The notes: generated by a model from the sequence alone, not told the origin. Counted from the stretch's first letter, positions 19,039 to 31,532 are shown. The stretch is 48,334 nucleotides of DNA from Patescibacteria group bacterium (GCA_038216025.1 JBBQQK010000001.1:1-48334), one strand, 5' to 3'. A program made the numbers and translations.

Positions 19039-20232
19039 ATGGTTAAAGAGGAAAAAAATAAAAAGCTTCAAAAAAATACTTCAAAGAGAAGCGTTTTTTT
19101 AATTGTTAGTACAATCATTGTATTAACAGCTTTTGGTTCTGGTTATTTTTTCGGATTACAAAGAACATCATTTCAGTCGCAGCCGAGCAATGTCGACTTG
19201 AAACTTTTTTGGGAAACCTGGAATAAGGTTAAAGAAAAAGCAACCGAAAACGTTTCTGAAGAAAAAATGTTAGAAGGAGCAATCTCTGGAATGATGTCCT
19301 CTCTGGGCGATCCGTATACGGTTTACTTCAATAAAGAGGAAAATAAGCGATTTAAAGAAGATATACAAGGCGAATTCGGCGGTATTGGGATAGAAATAGT
19401 CCAAAAGAACGGTTTTCCAACAGTGGTCGCACCTTTAGCCGGTTCTCCGGCTGAGAAATCTGGTTTAAAATCAGGTGATATCATAACTGAAGTTGACGGT
19501 CAAAAAACTTCCGACCTTGGCTTTGAAGAGACTATTAACAAAATAAGGGGCCCAAAAGATACAAAAGTTAAGCTGACAATAAATAGAGAAAGCAAGGCAG
19601 AGCCGTTAACTTTCGAAGTTACAAGAGACATCATTGTTGTTAAAAGTGTCGAGTATAGGGTTATTGAAAAAGATGGCAAAAAAATTGGTTATATTAAAAT
19701 TAAGCAGTTCGGCGATGACACAGACGCCTTGTTCAATAAGGCTGCCTTAGAGATTAAAAAACAAAATTTAAGTGGAATAATATTAGACCTACGCAACAAT
19801 CCCGGTGGTTACCTTGAGTCGGCTGTCTCTGTTTCAAGTGTTTTTATTGAAGAGGGTGTGGTTGTTACAGAAAAGGGGAAAAACTTAAACAAAGATTATC
19901 GAGCGACGGGCGGAGCGTTATTGGGCCAATACAAAACCGTTGTTTTGGTGAACGGCGGATCTGCTTCCGCATCTGAAATCGTAGCAGGCGCCTTGAAAGA
20001 TCGTATAGGCAGTAAAATAGTTGGACAAAAAACATTTGGAAAAGGTAGTGTTCAGGAGCTCGTCGAATTATCGGACGGGTCTGCTGCCAAGATAACTGTT
20101 GCTAAATGGTTCACTCCAAATGGAACTCAGATCAACAATGAAGGCATAAAGCCAGATTTTGAACTAGAAAACGGTGAAGATATAAATATTGATAATCAAC
20201 TTGAAAAAGCGCAGGAATCGGTTCTTAATTAA
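19039..20232 (+). CDS. ctpA: Carboxy-terminal processing protease (S41, CtpA/Prc family) with a PDZ domain
   Basis: N-terminal TM helix, DPYTVYF, GIGIEI, the PDZ motif GSPAEKSGLKSGDII, LDLRNNPGG, NGGSASASEIVAGAL and GTFGKGSVQ. Confidence 0.9.
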   Translation: MVKEEKNKKLQKNTSKRSVFLIVSTIIVLTAFGSGYFFGLQRTSFQSQPSNVDLKLFWETWNKVKEKATENVSEEKMLEGAISGMMSSLGDPYTVYFNKEENKRFKEDIQGEFGGIGIEIVQKNGFPTVVAPLAGSPAEKSGLKSGDIITEVDGQKTSDLGFEETINKIRGPKDTKVKLTINRESKAEPLTFEVTRDIIVVKSVEYRVIEKDGKKIGYIKIKQFGDDTDALFNKAALEIKKQNLSGIILDLRNNPGGYLESAVSVSSVFIEEGVVVTEKGKNLNKDYRATGGALLGQYKTVVLVNGGSASASEIVAGALKDRIGSKIVGQKTFGKGSVQELVELSDGSAAKITVAKWFTPNGTQINNEGIKPDFELENGEDINIDNQLEKAQESVLN

Positions 20233-20251
20233 AGGTTTAGGAAGGGGAGTT

Positions 20252-22222
20252 TTGTCAGATAGCGCACAAAATTTAACTAATTTAAATAATGTCTCAGTGC
20301 CTTCTGCTATGCAAAATGGCTCAATTAGCGGTGGTGTTGTTAGTGTAAAACCCACTAATAGTGGTCCATGGGACGATCAATTGGATTTGGTAGAAAGCCC
20401 GTCTCAAAAGGGGCCGACTCAATATGGCTCTTTGGAACAAAAAACAGAAGAAGAGAAACCATTTGAAATGCCGACGAAATTGGAAGAGAATATTGGCAAA
20501 CAAATTCCTGCTAATAATTTCATTAGCTCTAATAAATTGACTAACGATACCGCTACGTTGCCAACGGCCGCTGTCAGCACTATTGGATTATCGCCCCAAA
20601 TAAATCAAAAATCAACAAGGGCCGCTATCTTGCCGCCGCCCTCACAGTATATGACTCCGGCCAGTATTACGACATCACCAAAACAACAGATTTCTGCTAA
20701 AAGTAAAGGTACTAGGCCTTCAAGATTACCAGCTTTATTTTTTCTAGTTGGCACAATCTCGTTACTGATTTTAGTGGTTCTGCTTACGGAGGTCGGACTT
20801 GTTTCCGTAGGAGCAGAAAAGGTATATGGCATTATGGGAATCGAACGTCTATGGGGTGGCTTATCAAACAGCACTGAGACGTCCTTGCTGAGGGCAGCCT
20901 ATTCTATTTCTAAACAAACTGACTATAAGATAAAAGGAAATGTGACGCTTAAAGTAAACAGGAGTGTTGATTCAGAAATAACAGAGCCTCTTTTAGGCTT
21001 TACTACAAATGACAGCCGGAGAGATATGGCAATTGGAACTGGAATAGAAGCAAAACCAGTTGCTGCATATGATAGCACTTACGATTATTACATTATTGAC
21101 GATAATATCAATGCAAATTCCAGTGCCCCCGATACAGATACAAGTGACGACATGGATAATGACAATCAGGGTCAATCCAACAGCAATTCAAATGTTGCAG
21201 ATGTCACTGATACTACTTCAAGCGACAATGCTAATTATAATGATAATTCTGAGCCGATAGTTAACGATAATGATAGCGGTACTGAAGGAATAGCAGCTCC
21301 AGAGATAACCTCAGCTCTTGAGATGAAGATTAGCCAGAATGCAATAGAGTCAATGTTCACCTTGAAAAAAGAAGGTCAGGAAAATTCTTTGCAAGTAGTT
21401 AACTCAAACAATAACCTGTACGTAAAGAACGGTGAAAATATCATTTATGATAAAGAATCAGAGGGGTCAAGAGCTAATTCTTGGGTAACATTTAATATAG
21501 AAAAACTTAAAGATATAAAAATTCAAGATAAGATTTTCGGTCTTGAAAACGCCAATAGTTTGTCAATAAAAGGCAATAGGATGGGAAACGAGAATGTATC
21601 CGGGGTAAGGGTATACAAATATAAAATAGATACTTTGGAAATCGGTGATTCTTTGAATGAAATCGGTATAAAATCAAAAATGGTAGAAAAAATATCTGGC
21701 TATGTTTGGATCGGAGTCAAAGATAAATTGATAAAAAAGGCATCACTGGACATTGTTTTTCCCATCAGTTCATCTGTGTCCAGCGCAAAGGTTGATATCG
21801 ACTTTCTTGAATATGGAGTTAGGAATCAGATTAATATCCCTGCGGTGTCGAGTACCGATAAGGCGACCGACTCAGATATCGCCCCAACGATTGCCGCGGC
21901 TTCAACAACTGACCAAACAAGAAAAAGCAATGTTGACTTAATCGTTAAGGGATTAGAAAAGTATAAAGCGGAAAAGGGATCTTGTCCTATATCTAAAAAC
22001 ATATTGAAATTAAGTGAAAGTAGTAATATTATAGAACGGGCACTGGTTCCTAAATATTTGGTTGAAATTCCAAAGGATCCCAGAAATCGAGACGGTTGGT
22101 ATTATGGCTATAAGTCCAATGACGGGAAAAATTGTTCTGTTAGTGCCAGACTTGAAGAGCCATCTGATTCAGAAGGAATCAAAATTGACGGTGTTCTGTT
22201 GTACTTAAAGTATATTAATTAA
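20252..22222 (+). CDS. Large hypothetical bitopic membrane protein with a D/N/S-rich low-complexity segment and a pseudopilin-like (GspG/type IV pilin globular) C-terminal domain
   Basis: The ORF is open from 20189, but the start is uncertain: TTG at 20189, TTG at 20252 after GGAAGGGGAG, or ATG at 20309. TM helix LPALFFLVGTISLLILVVLLTEVGLV. The C-terminus LIVKGLEKYKAEKGSCP...LVPKYLVEIPKDPRNRDGWYYGYKSNDGKNCSVSARLE resembles pilin-like domains. Confidence 0.6.
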   Translation: MSDSAQNLTNLNNVSVPSAMQNGSISGGVVSVKPTNSGPWDDQLDLVESPSQKGPTQYGSLEQKTEEEKPFEMPTKLEENIGKQIPANNFISSNKLTNDTATLPTAAVSTIGLSPQINQKSTRAAILPPPSQYMTPASITTSPKQQISAKSKGTRPSRLPALFFLVGTISLLILVVLLTEVGLVSVGAEKVYGIMGIERLWGGLSNSTETSLLRAAYSISKQTDYKIKGNVTLKVNRSVDSEITEPLLGFTTNDSRRDMAIGTGIEAKPVAAYDSTYDYYIIDDNINANSSAPDTDTSDDMDNDNQGQSNSNSNVADVTDTTSSDNANYNDNSEPIVNDNDSGTEGIAAPEITSALEMKISQNAIESMFTLKKEGQENSLQVVNSNNNLYVKNGENIIYDKESEGSRANSWVTFNIEKLKDIKIQDKIFGLENANSLSIKGNRMGNENVSGVRVYKYKIDTLEIGDSLNEIGIKSKMVEKISGYVWIGVKDKLIKKASLDIVFPISSSVSSAKVDIDFLEYGVRNQINIPAVSSTDKATDSDIAPTIAAASTTDQTRKSNVDLIVKGLEKYKAEKGSCPISKNILKLSESSNIIERALVPKYLVEIPKDPRNRDGWYYGYKSNDGKNCSVSARLEEPSDSEGIKIDGVLLYLKYIN

Positions 22223-22253
22223 ATAGAATTGATCGTGATCAGAAAGGATCAGA

Positions 22254-22814
22254 ATGACATTATGGATAGTTGCCGCTGTGATTGCAATATTGTTGTTGGT
22301 CATTATTGGCGCATACAATCGCTTGATAACATTGAGAGTGAGGAGCGAAGAGGCTTGGAGTGACATAGACGTTCAGCTAAAGAGAAGATATGATTTAATC
22401 CCAAATTTGATCGAAACAGTAAAGGGTTATGCTTCACATGAACAAAAGGTTTTTGAAGCTGTCACAAAAGCTAGAGCCGAAGCCTTGAATGCCACAACTT
22501 TAGAAAATAAAAATCAGGCTGAAAATCAACTTTCTGAAGCCCTAAAGTCGATTTTCGCTGTTTCTGAGGCCTATCCGGATCTTAAAGCCAATCAGAATTT
22601 TCTTGATCTCCAAACTCAATTAACTGATACTGAAGATAAAATACAAGCAGCAAGAAGGTTTTATAATACCAATGTTCGTGATCTTAATATAGCTATCCAA
22701 TCCTTTCCTTCTAATATAATCGCTGGCATCTTCCACTTCCAGAAAAAGGAACTATTTGAAACTACCACAAGCGCAGAAAAAGAACCGGTTAAAGTTAATT
22801 TTAAAGACAAATAA
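22254..22814 (+). CDS. lemA: LemA family membrane protein
   Basis: N-terminal TM helix plus YNRLITLRVRSEEAWSDIDVQLKRRYDLIPNLIETVKGYASHE, the LemA signature. Confidence 0.9.
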   Translation: MTLWIVAAVIAILLLVIIGAYNRLITLRVRSEEAWSDIDVQLKRRYDLIPNLIETVKGYASHEQKVFEAVTKARAEALNATTLENKNQAENQLSEALKSIFAVSEAYPDLKANQNFLDLQTQLTDTEDKIQAARRFYNTNVRDLNIAIQSFPSNIIAGIFHFQKKELFETTTSAEKEPVKVNFKDK

Positions 22815-22831
22815 TAACCAGAAGGACCCTT

Positions 22832-23179
22832 ATGAAAATGATTTTTAAAAAACCGGCGATTAATGTAAAGAAAATTAACTTTGGTTGGATAAAGAGAATT
22901 CGACAAGATGCGGTTTGGGGAATAGTGGCGTATCTTCATATTCTCGTGTTTCTGCCTGCTATTTTAAAAAAGAGAGATAAATTTGTTCGATACCATGTCC
23001 GTCAAGGCATGGCCCTATTACTTGTTTGGATTTTATTCATTCTTTCATTCTTTTTTCCAATACTACCATGGGTATTTGCATTCTGTGTTTTGATTCTATT
23101 GTTATCGGGGATTGTAAATGTAATCCTAGGTAAGGAGAGACCACTCCCATTGATTGGAAAAATTGCTGAGAGGTTCTAA
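22832..23179 (+). CDS. Small polytopic membrane protein, DUF4870-like
   Basis: 115 aa. YLHILVFLPAILKKRDKFVRYHVRQGMALLL resembles the DUF4870 pattern. It is tightly packed between lemA and htpX. Confidence 0.5.
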   Translation: MKMIFKKPAINVKKINFGWIKRIRQDAVWGIVAYLHILVFLPAILKKRDKFVRYHVRQGMALLLVWILFILSFFFPILPWVFAFCVLILLLSGIVNVILGKERPLPLIGKIAERF

Positions 23180-24084
23180 TGACATTTTACGACCAAATAG
23201 AATCAAATAAACGGAGAACTTTTTTCTTTCTTTTCTTTTTTATCCTAATTGTAATTGGCTTAGGGTGGTTATTTTCTTATGCCTTTAATTCTCGAGCAAT
23301 CTTGTGGTTTGCCATAGGGTTAAGCTTTTTACAAGCATTTATAGGCTATTACTCAGGAGATAAAGTAGCCTTGGCCGTTTCAGGTGCTAAAAAAATTGTA
23401 AAAAATGATAATCTTAGGCTTTGGAATATAGTCGAGAATTTATGTATAACAGCGGGGCTTCCTATGCCGAATGTTTATATCATAAATGATCAAGCCCCAA
23501 ATGCCTTTGCCACAGGAAGGGATCCAAAGCATTCATCTGTTGCTGTTACAATAGGGCTGCTCGAAAGCCTTACCGATTCTGAGCTAACGGGAGTGGTTGC
23601 ACATGAATTGTCACACGTTAGAAATTATGATATTAGATTGATGACAATTGTAGTTGTCTTGGTTGGTATTGTTAGCCTATTGGCCGATTTATTCTTGCGG
23701 GCTCGCTTCTTTGGCTTTGGCGGTGATGATAATCGAGAAGGAAATAGTCAAACGCAAACAATAATGTTAGTTTTCGCAATATTGGCCGCGATATTAGCTC
23801 CAATAGCGGCCACCTTGATACAATTTGCCATTTCTAGAAAAAGAGAATACATGGCTGATTCATCAGGTGTGGAATTAACTCGTTATCCCGAAGGTCTAGC
23901 TTCAGCTTTGGAAAAAATATCTCAATATAAACATCCAATGAAGCGCGCTAGTTCTGCCACTGCCCACTTGTATATTTCTAATCCCCTTGGTATGACTAAA
24001 TCATATTTATCAAAAATATTTTCAACTCATCCGCCAATAGAGGATCGTGTCGCTATTTTGCGCAAAATGGGATCTGTCGAATAA
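23179..24084 (+). CDS. htpX: Zinc metalloprotease HtpX (M48 family)
   Basis: PNAFATGRDPKHSSVAV, HELSHVRNYD (HExxH), a REYMADS glutamate, and STHPPIEDRV at the C-terminus. Confidence 0.9.
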   Translation: MTFYDQIESNKRRTFFFLFFFILIVIGLGWLFSYAFNSRAILWFAIGLSFLQAFIGYYSGDKVALAVSGAKKIVKNDNLRLWNIVENLCITAGLPMPNVYIINDQAPNAFATGRDPKHSSVAVTIGLLESLTDSELTGVVAHELSHVRNYDIRLMTIVVVLVGIVSLLADLFLRARFFGFGGDDNREGNSQTQTIMLVFAILAAILAPIAATLIQFAISRKREYMADSSGVELTRYPEGLASALEKISQYKHPMKRASSATAHLYISNPLGMTKSYLSKIFSTHPPIEDRVAILRKMGSVE

Positions 24085-24088
24085 CTAA

Positions 24089-26169
<2,081 letters not shown>

Positions 26170-26170
<1 letters not shown>

Positions 26171-27108
26171 TGCTTGTGAATTTAGACTATATAAAAAAAA
26201 TTGAAAAACCGTTAGCTCTAGGTAGGGCAGACCTTCATATACATACAAATATGGGAGATGCCAAACCGACAGTCGAAGAGGTATTGAATTATGTGCAAAC
26301 AAAAACAGATTTAGATGTTATTGCAATAACCGAACATGATTCAATAGATGCTGCTTTGCTCGCAAAAAAACTAATGGCAAAGAGAAAGTATAGATTTGAA
26401 TTGATAATCGGGGAGGAAATCTCTTGCTTTGAGGGCCATGTCATCGGATTGTTCTTGAATAAAACAATAAAAGGGGACGTATCTGTCAAAGAAGCCATTT
26501 CTGAAATAAAACGACAAGGAGGCATAGTAATGATGCCACACCCATTGAGGCATGTCAGAATTAACACTGGATTGACCGGAAACACTGATGGCGTTGGATT
26601 TGTGGAGTTGCTAAGGCATAAAAAGAACATTGATGCCCTTGAAATAATAAATTCGACTCCAACCAATATGCCTAATAACTTAAGAGCAATATTTTTCAAT
26701 GACACCATAATGCAAAGAGCTGAAGTGGGTGGCAGTGATGCTCACATTCTTGATTCTATTGCCATGGCTTATACTTTGTTCGAAGGGAAAAGCGCGGAGG
26801 ACTTAAGAGAGGCGATACTCAATTGTCAAACGAGAGCTTTTAACAAAAGATGGAGACTCATTGCGTTGATTAAATACTTATTCTTCTTCTTGCCAAAAAG
26901 CCTAAGATTGTTTGTTAATACTATGGCGCATGGCAGAATGCCAAAGCGAGCACAGATAGTTAATGTTCCAAAGAATGAATATAAAACAATATTGAAAAGA
27001 ATAAATGAGAAAACAGCCAATATTTTTAAGTGGAAAAAAGATCACTCGATTAACTCACCTTCCACTACTAATTTAGAAGTTAGCTCAATTGAAGTTAAGA
27101 GTGAATAA
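26170..27108 (+). CDS. PHP-domain metal-dependent phosphoesterase
   Basis: DLHIHTNMGD, ITEHDS, MMPHP and GGSDAH are PHP His/Asp motifs. The start overlaps the ligA stop (TGATG). The C-terminal ~90 aa have a hydrophobic/amphipathic stretch. Confidence 0.8.
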
Positions 27109-27126
27109 TGCTAGGATAACCTTAAG

Positions 27127-27420
27127 ATGTCCCATATAAGCACAGAACAAATCAAACATATCGCCAAATTATCAAGGCTATCGCTTCACGAAGAGGAAAT
27201 TAAGCTATATTCATCTCAGCTTTCCTCTATTTTGGAATATGTGGAACAATTATCCGAAGTTAATACAGATAATGTTGAGCCGCTCTCGAATGTGACAGGC
27301 TTAGACAATGTTATAAGAGAAGATGTAATTGTCCAAAATATTGTGAGCCATGAAGACATAAAGATTAATACTCCAAAGTTCGATAAGAATAATTTTGTTG
27401 TGCCTGGAGTTTTTGAGTAG
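27127..27420 (+). CDS. gatC: Glu/Asp-tRNA amidotransferase subunit C
   Basis: 97 aa with IKHIAKLSRLSLHEEEIKLYSSQLSSILEYVEQLSEV, the GatC pattern. It precedes gatA. Confidence 0.85.
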   Translation: MSHISTEQIKHIAKLSRLSLHEEEIKLYSSQLSSILEYVEQLSEVNTDNVEPLSNVTGLDNVIREDVIVQNIVSHEDIKINTPKFDKNNFVVPGVFE

Positions 27421-27453
27421 TTATACTTGCATAGATTAACACTGAAATAAAAT

Positions 27454-28959
27454 ATGGAATTATCTGAACTAACAATAAAAGAAGCGAGCGAAAAACTGTC
27501 ATCAGGAGAGATTACTTCTTTGCAATTGACAAAAGCGGTATTCTCCAAAATTGAGCAAATTGAACCCAAGATAGGCGCCTACATTACTTTATGCAAAGAA
27601 ATAGCTATTGATATGGCTACAAAGTCAGACCAACGGAGAAGAGCCGGAAAAGTTTTAAGCGAAATTGATGGAATCCCAATCGCAGTCAAGGATTTATTTC
27701 TGACTAAAGGAGTTCGAACGACGGCCGCCTCAAATATATTAGATGATTTTATGCCTGCATATGAGTCAACCGTAACCAAGAAATTATGGGAAGCAGGGGC
27801 GGTACTTATTGGTAAAACCAATCTTGATCAATTCGCCATGGGTTCCTCTACTGAAACGAGTTCTTTTAATACGGCTACTGATTCCAATTCAACTACCAGA
27901 AACCCTTGGGATTTGGAAAGAGTCCCAGGGGGGTCATCAGGCGGCTCGGCAGCTGCAATTGCGGCTGATGAGTGCATTGGTGCTATCGGCACAGATACTG
28001 GCGGCTCTATTCGTCAACCAGCCGCATTTTGTGGAATAACTGGCTTAAAGCCTACTTACGGCAGGGTTTCACGTTTTGGTACTATTGCAATGGCATCGTC
28101 GCTCGATCAAGCCGGACCAATGACAAAAACCGTAGAAGATGCTGCTCTTTTGTTAAAGTATATATCAGGTCATGATAGCAATGATTCGACTAGCTCAACA
28201 ATTGAAGTGCCGGACTATTGCCATGATTTGGAAAACAACATCGAGGGCTTGAAGATAGGCATTCCAGCCGAGTTTTATGGGCAAGGACTGGATCCCCAAA
28301 TTAAAAAATTAATTGATTCAGCTTTGGAGTTATTTGAGCAAAAAGGCGCCCAAATTGTTCCTGTTTCAATGCCAATTGTTAAGTATGCTTTAGCGGTTTA
28401 TTATATTTTGATGCCAGCCGAGGTAAGTTCAAATTTGGCTAGATATGATGGAATTCACTATGGCTTTTCAAAATTAAAAGAAAATGATTTCACTGGATCA
28501 ATTCTTGATGTTTATCAACAATCAAGGGCAGAGGGCTTTGGGGCAGAAGCAAAAAGAAGAATAATGCTAGGGAGCTATGTTTTATCGGCGGGCTACTATG
28601 ATGCTTACTATAAAAAAGCTCAGAAGGTAAGACGCTTGGTAAAAAATGAATTTGAAAAAGTTTTCAATGATGTAGACGTCTTGGTGACTCCGGTCACGCC
28701 AACAGTTGCTTTCAAGGCAGGTGAGAAGATCATAGACCCGTTAGCCATGTACTTATCGGATATTATGACTGTTCCTATAAATCCTGCCGGTGTGCCGGCG
28801 CTTTCAATCCCTGTTGGGTTTGTAAAAGATGATGGCAAAAAGTTACCTGTTGGCATGCAAATTATTGGCCCAATGTGGGGAGAACAGCAGATATTGAATT
28901 TAGGTGATTCTTACCAAAAATTAACCAACTGGCACAAGGAAAAACCATTAATTAGTTAA
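27454..28959 (+). CDS. gatA: Glu/Asp-tRNA amidotransferase subunit A (amidase signature enzyme)
   Basis: [20 protein letters not shown] and [12 protein letters not shown] are amidase signature motifs. Confidence 0.95.
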   Translation: MELSELTIKEASEKLSSGEITSLQLTKAVFSKIEQIEPKIGAYITLCKEIAIDMATKSDQRRRAGKVLSEIDGIPIAVKDLFLTKGVRTTAASNILDDFMPAYESTVTKKLWEAGAVLIGKTNLDQFAMGSSTETSSFNTATDSNSTTRNPWDLERVPGGSSGGSAAAIAADECIGAIGTDTGGSIRQPAAFCGITGLKPTYGRVSRFGTIAMASSLDQAGPMTKTVEDAALLLKYISGHDSNDSTSSTIEVPDYCHDLENNIEGLKIGIPAEFYGQGLDPQIKKLIDSALELFEQKGAQIVPVSMPIVKYALAVYYILMPAEVSSNLARYDGIHYGFSKLKENDFTGSILDVYQQSRAEGFGAEAKRRIMLGSYVLSAGYYDAYYKKAQKVRRLVKNEFEKVFNDVDVLVTPVTPTVAFKAGEKIIDPLAMYLSDIMTVPINPAGVPALSIPVGFVKDDGKKLPVGMQIIGPMWGEQQILNLGDSYQKLTNWHKEKPLIS

Positions 28960-28978
28960 TCATAAACGAGAGAAAAAG

Positions 28979-29629
28979 ATGGGAAAGAATGCAAAAAGCA
29001 GGAGAGAGAAGATTGAACTTGAGCGCAAGAGGAAGAAAGAAATTTTGTCTAGCGTCTATTACCAGAAAAATCCTTGGCTAAAATTTTGGCGCCGGTCAGA
29101 TTTTTGGGTTTACCTTGTTTGCGTTGTTCTGATAATAGCCTTCCCTTTTATTGGTGCTATTAAGGCCAGCAAATCAAATATAGCCATCATAGAAACGATT
29201 TATGGTAATATTGAAGTCGAATTGTATGCAAGCGATGCGCCCAAAACAGTTGAGAATTTCAAGAAGCTCAGTAGCGAAGGTTTTTATGACGGACTTCTAT
29301 GGCACAGGATTGTAAAGGACTTTGTTATACAGGGCGGCGATCCAAAAGGTGATGGAACGGGCGGTCCTGGATATCAGTTTGAAGATGAGTTAAATACCCA
29401 CAAATTTGTTCCAGGCACCCTTGGAATGGCAAATTCTGGCCCTAACACTAACGGAAGTCAATTCTTTATCGTAACCAACCAGGAGCAGCCTAGTTTGGAC
29501 GGAAAGTATACTATATTTGGTCAAGTAACCAAAGGAATGGATGTCGTTCAAAAGATTGGCGAAGCTCCAACCGGTGAAAATGATAAGCCATTAACTGATA
29601 TTACGATGGATAAAGTTTATACTAAATGA
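28979..29629 (+). CDS. ppiB: Cyclophilin-type peptidyl-prolyl cis-trans isomerase with an N-terminal membrane anchor
   Basis: FHRIV-type core ([16 protein letters not shown]), [24 protein letters not shown], and the TM segment [20 protein letters not shown]. Confidence 0.9.
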   Translation: MGKNAKSRREKIELERKRKKEILSSVYYQKNPWLKFWRRSDFWVYLVCVVLIIAFPFIGAIKASKSNIAIIETIYGNIEVELYASDAPKTVENFKKLSSEGFYDGLLWHRIVKDFVIQGGDPKGDGTGGPGYQFEDELNTHKFVPGTLGMANSGPNTNGSQFFIVTNQEQPSLDGKYTIFGQVTKGMDVVQKIGEAPTGENDKPLTDITMDKVYTK

Positions 29630-30078
29630 CAAATAACCATTATAAAAAGAAAAAAAGTAATCAAACCGCTTTGGAGATCATTATCGTAGGTATTTTTAAA
29701 ATGATTTGGTGGTTGATTAGATTACCGTTTGGAAAAAAGACCTCTAATTTGAAGATTAGTGATAAGCAGGAAATCATCAGCAAAAGGTTTGAAATCGAGA
29801 ATAAATTGAAAAGTGAGCATTCAGCTGAATTGCAACTGGCTTTGTTTGAATCAGATAAGCTAGTGGATTATGTCTTGAAGATCAAAGGATACAAGGGAGA
29901 AACTTTTGCTGACAGATTGAGAAGCGCTGAAAAAGATATTCCAAATGGAATATACGATAGAATATGGCAAGGTCACAAAATCAGGAATACGCTTGCTCAT
30001 GAGCATAATATTAATTTACCAGTGTCGGAAGTGAGGGGTGCAATAAATAATCTTTTGGAATACGTTAAAAATGTCTAA
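29626..30078 (+). CDS. Small hypothetical membrane-anchored helical protein with an RNxxAH (HEPN-like Rx4H) motif
   Basis: 150-aa ORF. ATGA overlap with ppiB and an 8-nt overlap with gatB. TM helix [21 protein letters not shown]. The motif [14 protein letters not shown] is encoded at nt 29983-30000. Confidence 0.6.
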   Translation: MTNNHYKKKKSNQTALEIIIVGIFKMIWWLIRLPFGKKTSNLKISDKQEIISKRFEIENKLKSEHSAELQLALFESDKLVDYVLKIKGYKGETFADRLRSAEKDIPNGIYDRIWQGHKIRNTLAHEHNINLPVSEVRGAINNLLEYVKNV

Positions 30079-31477
30079 AGAATTTTTGAAAACAAAAATC
30101 GGGTTGGAGATTCATGTTCAGCTTGCAACAAAAAGTAAAATGTTTTGTGGCTGTGATAATAATGCTGAAGGGAAAGAGCCTAATTCGATGGTTTGTCCTG
30201 TCTGCATGGGTCTTCCTGGTTCATTGCCAGTCGCAAACAAACAGGCAGTGCTATTTACGTTGAAAACGGGCATTGTCCTCAATTGCAAAATAAGCAAGAT
30301 ATCAAAATTTGATCGAAAACATTACTTTTATCCAGATTTACCAAAGGGATATCAGATCAGCCAGTATGACGAGCCTTTTTGTGTGGGCGGTTATGTGGAC
30401 GTTACTGATGGCAGGATAAATTTGACAAGAATACACCTCGAAGAAGATGCCGGTAAATTGACTCACAGTAATGGAAGCAGCTTAGTCGATTTGAATAGAG
30501 CAGGTACTCCTCTGATGGAAATAGTTTCCGATCCAGATATTACATCGCCAAAGCAAGCAGGAGAATTCTTGCGTAAATTACAGAAAATCGTGCGGGACGT
30601 TGCAAGAGTATCGGAGGCATCGATGGAAAAGGGGCATTTGAGATGCGATGCCAATATATCTGTTTCTGATGACAAAGGTGTTATGTCTCAAATAGTTGAG
30701 TTGAAGAATATAAACTCCTTTCGCTTTGTTGAGAAGGCGTTGGAGATTGAAGAAGCAAGGCTTAAAGATGAATATCCGAATTGGCCGGAAGATGGAAAAA
30801 AGGTGACGAGAGGATATGATAGTAAAAAAAATACTACTTTTGTTCAGCGGACAAAAGAAGAAGCCGCTGATTATCGTTATTTTCCAGAGCCAGATCTTCC
30901 TCCTTTCGACACTTCCTGTTTTGATTTGGAGAGTTTAAGGCAGGATATTGGTAGTAGCGAAGAGGATGTTATAGCTGAATTATTGAAAATTGGTATTACC
31001 GAAACAGACTCTGTGGTACTGGCAAATGATTTAAATAAACTTCTCTTTTTCAGGAAAATCTCAGATTTTTATGAAGATAATGCTTATGTTGCCAGAGCTG
31101 TTGTGCATAACTATCTTGGATTCTCTATTGTCGAAGACGATTATGTATTATCGGCTGAGTATGCCCAAGGATTAAAAAAATTGAAAGAAGGAGCTATCAC
31201 AAAGAGTTTGTTAGCCGAAATAGCCGTCTTAATTCACGATAAAAAATGCACTTATCAAGCGGCTCTCGAAATGAAGGGGGGAGGAGTTGTAAATGATGAG
31301 GCAGAACTTGGTTCAATGATCGATTTGATTCTTGAGAAGTTTCCAGCTGAGGTTTTAAGCTACAAAAGCGGAAAAACTCAACTCCTAGGTTTTTTTATGG
31401 GTCAAGTTATGAGAGAAGCAAAAGGGAAAGCGGATCCAAAAGCTGTTAATAGGATGGTTTTGGATAAGCTTAAATAA
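30071..31477 (+). CDS. gatB: Glu/Asp-tRNA amidotransferase subunit B
   Basis: IGLEIHVQL, KMFCGC, VCPVCMGLPGSLP, RKHYFYPDLPKGYQISQ, HLEEDAGK and a C-terminal YqeY-like tail. Confidence 0.95.
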   Translation: MSKEFLKTKIGLEIHVQLATKSKMFCGCDNNAEGKEPNSMVCPVCMGLPGSLPVANKQAVLFTLKTGIVLNCKISKISKFDRKHYFYPDLPKGYQISQYDEPFCVGGYVDVTDGRINLTRIHLEEDAGKLTHSNGSSLVDLNRAGTPLMEIVSDPDITSPKQAGEFLRKLQKIVRDVARVSEASMEKGHLRCDANISVSDDKGVMSQIVELKNINSFRFVEKALEIEEARLKDEYPNWPEDGKKVTRGYDSKKNTTFVQRTKEEAADYRYFPEPDLPPFDTSCFDLESLRQDIGSSEEDVIAELLKIGITETDSVVLANDLNKLLFFRKISDFYEDNAYVARAVVHNYLGFSIVEDDYVLSAEYAQGLKKLKEGAITKSLLAEIAVLIHDKKCTYQAALEMKGGGVVNDEAELGSMIDLILEKFPAEVLSYKSGKTQLLGFFMGQVMREAKGKADPKAVNRMVLDKLK

Positions 31478-31532
31478 TTTGATATTGTTATTTTGGCGCA
31501 CTGCATTTATAATAGATAGAGGAGGAAACAAC

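Noticed and set aside
21097-21285. D/N/S-rich stretch inside the 677-aa ORF as a possible tandem DNA repeat or contingency locus
   Set aside because: At the nucleotide level it is compositionally biased (GAT/AAT/AGC-rich) but not a regular tandem repeat. It is treated as a low-complexity coding linker.
26289-26708. 139-aa and 60-aa ORFs antisense to the PHP phosphoesterase gene
   Set aside because: The sense strand carries the full set of PHP metal-binding motifs. The antisense translation has no features and no start context.
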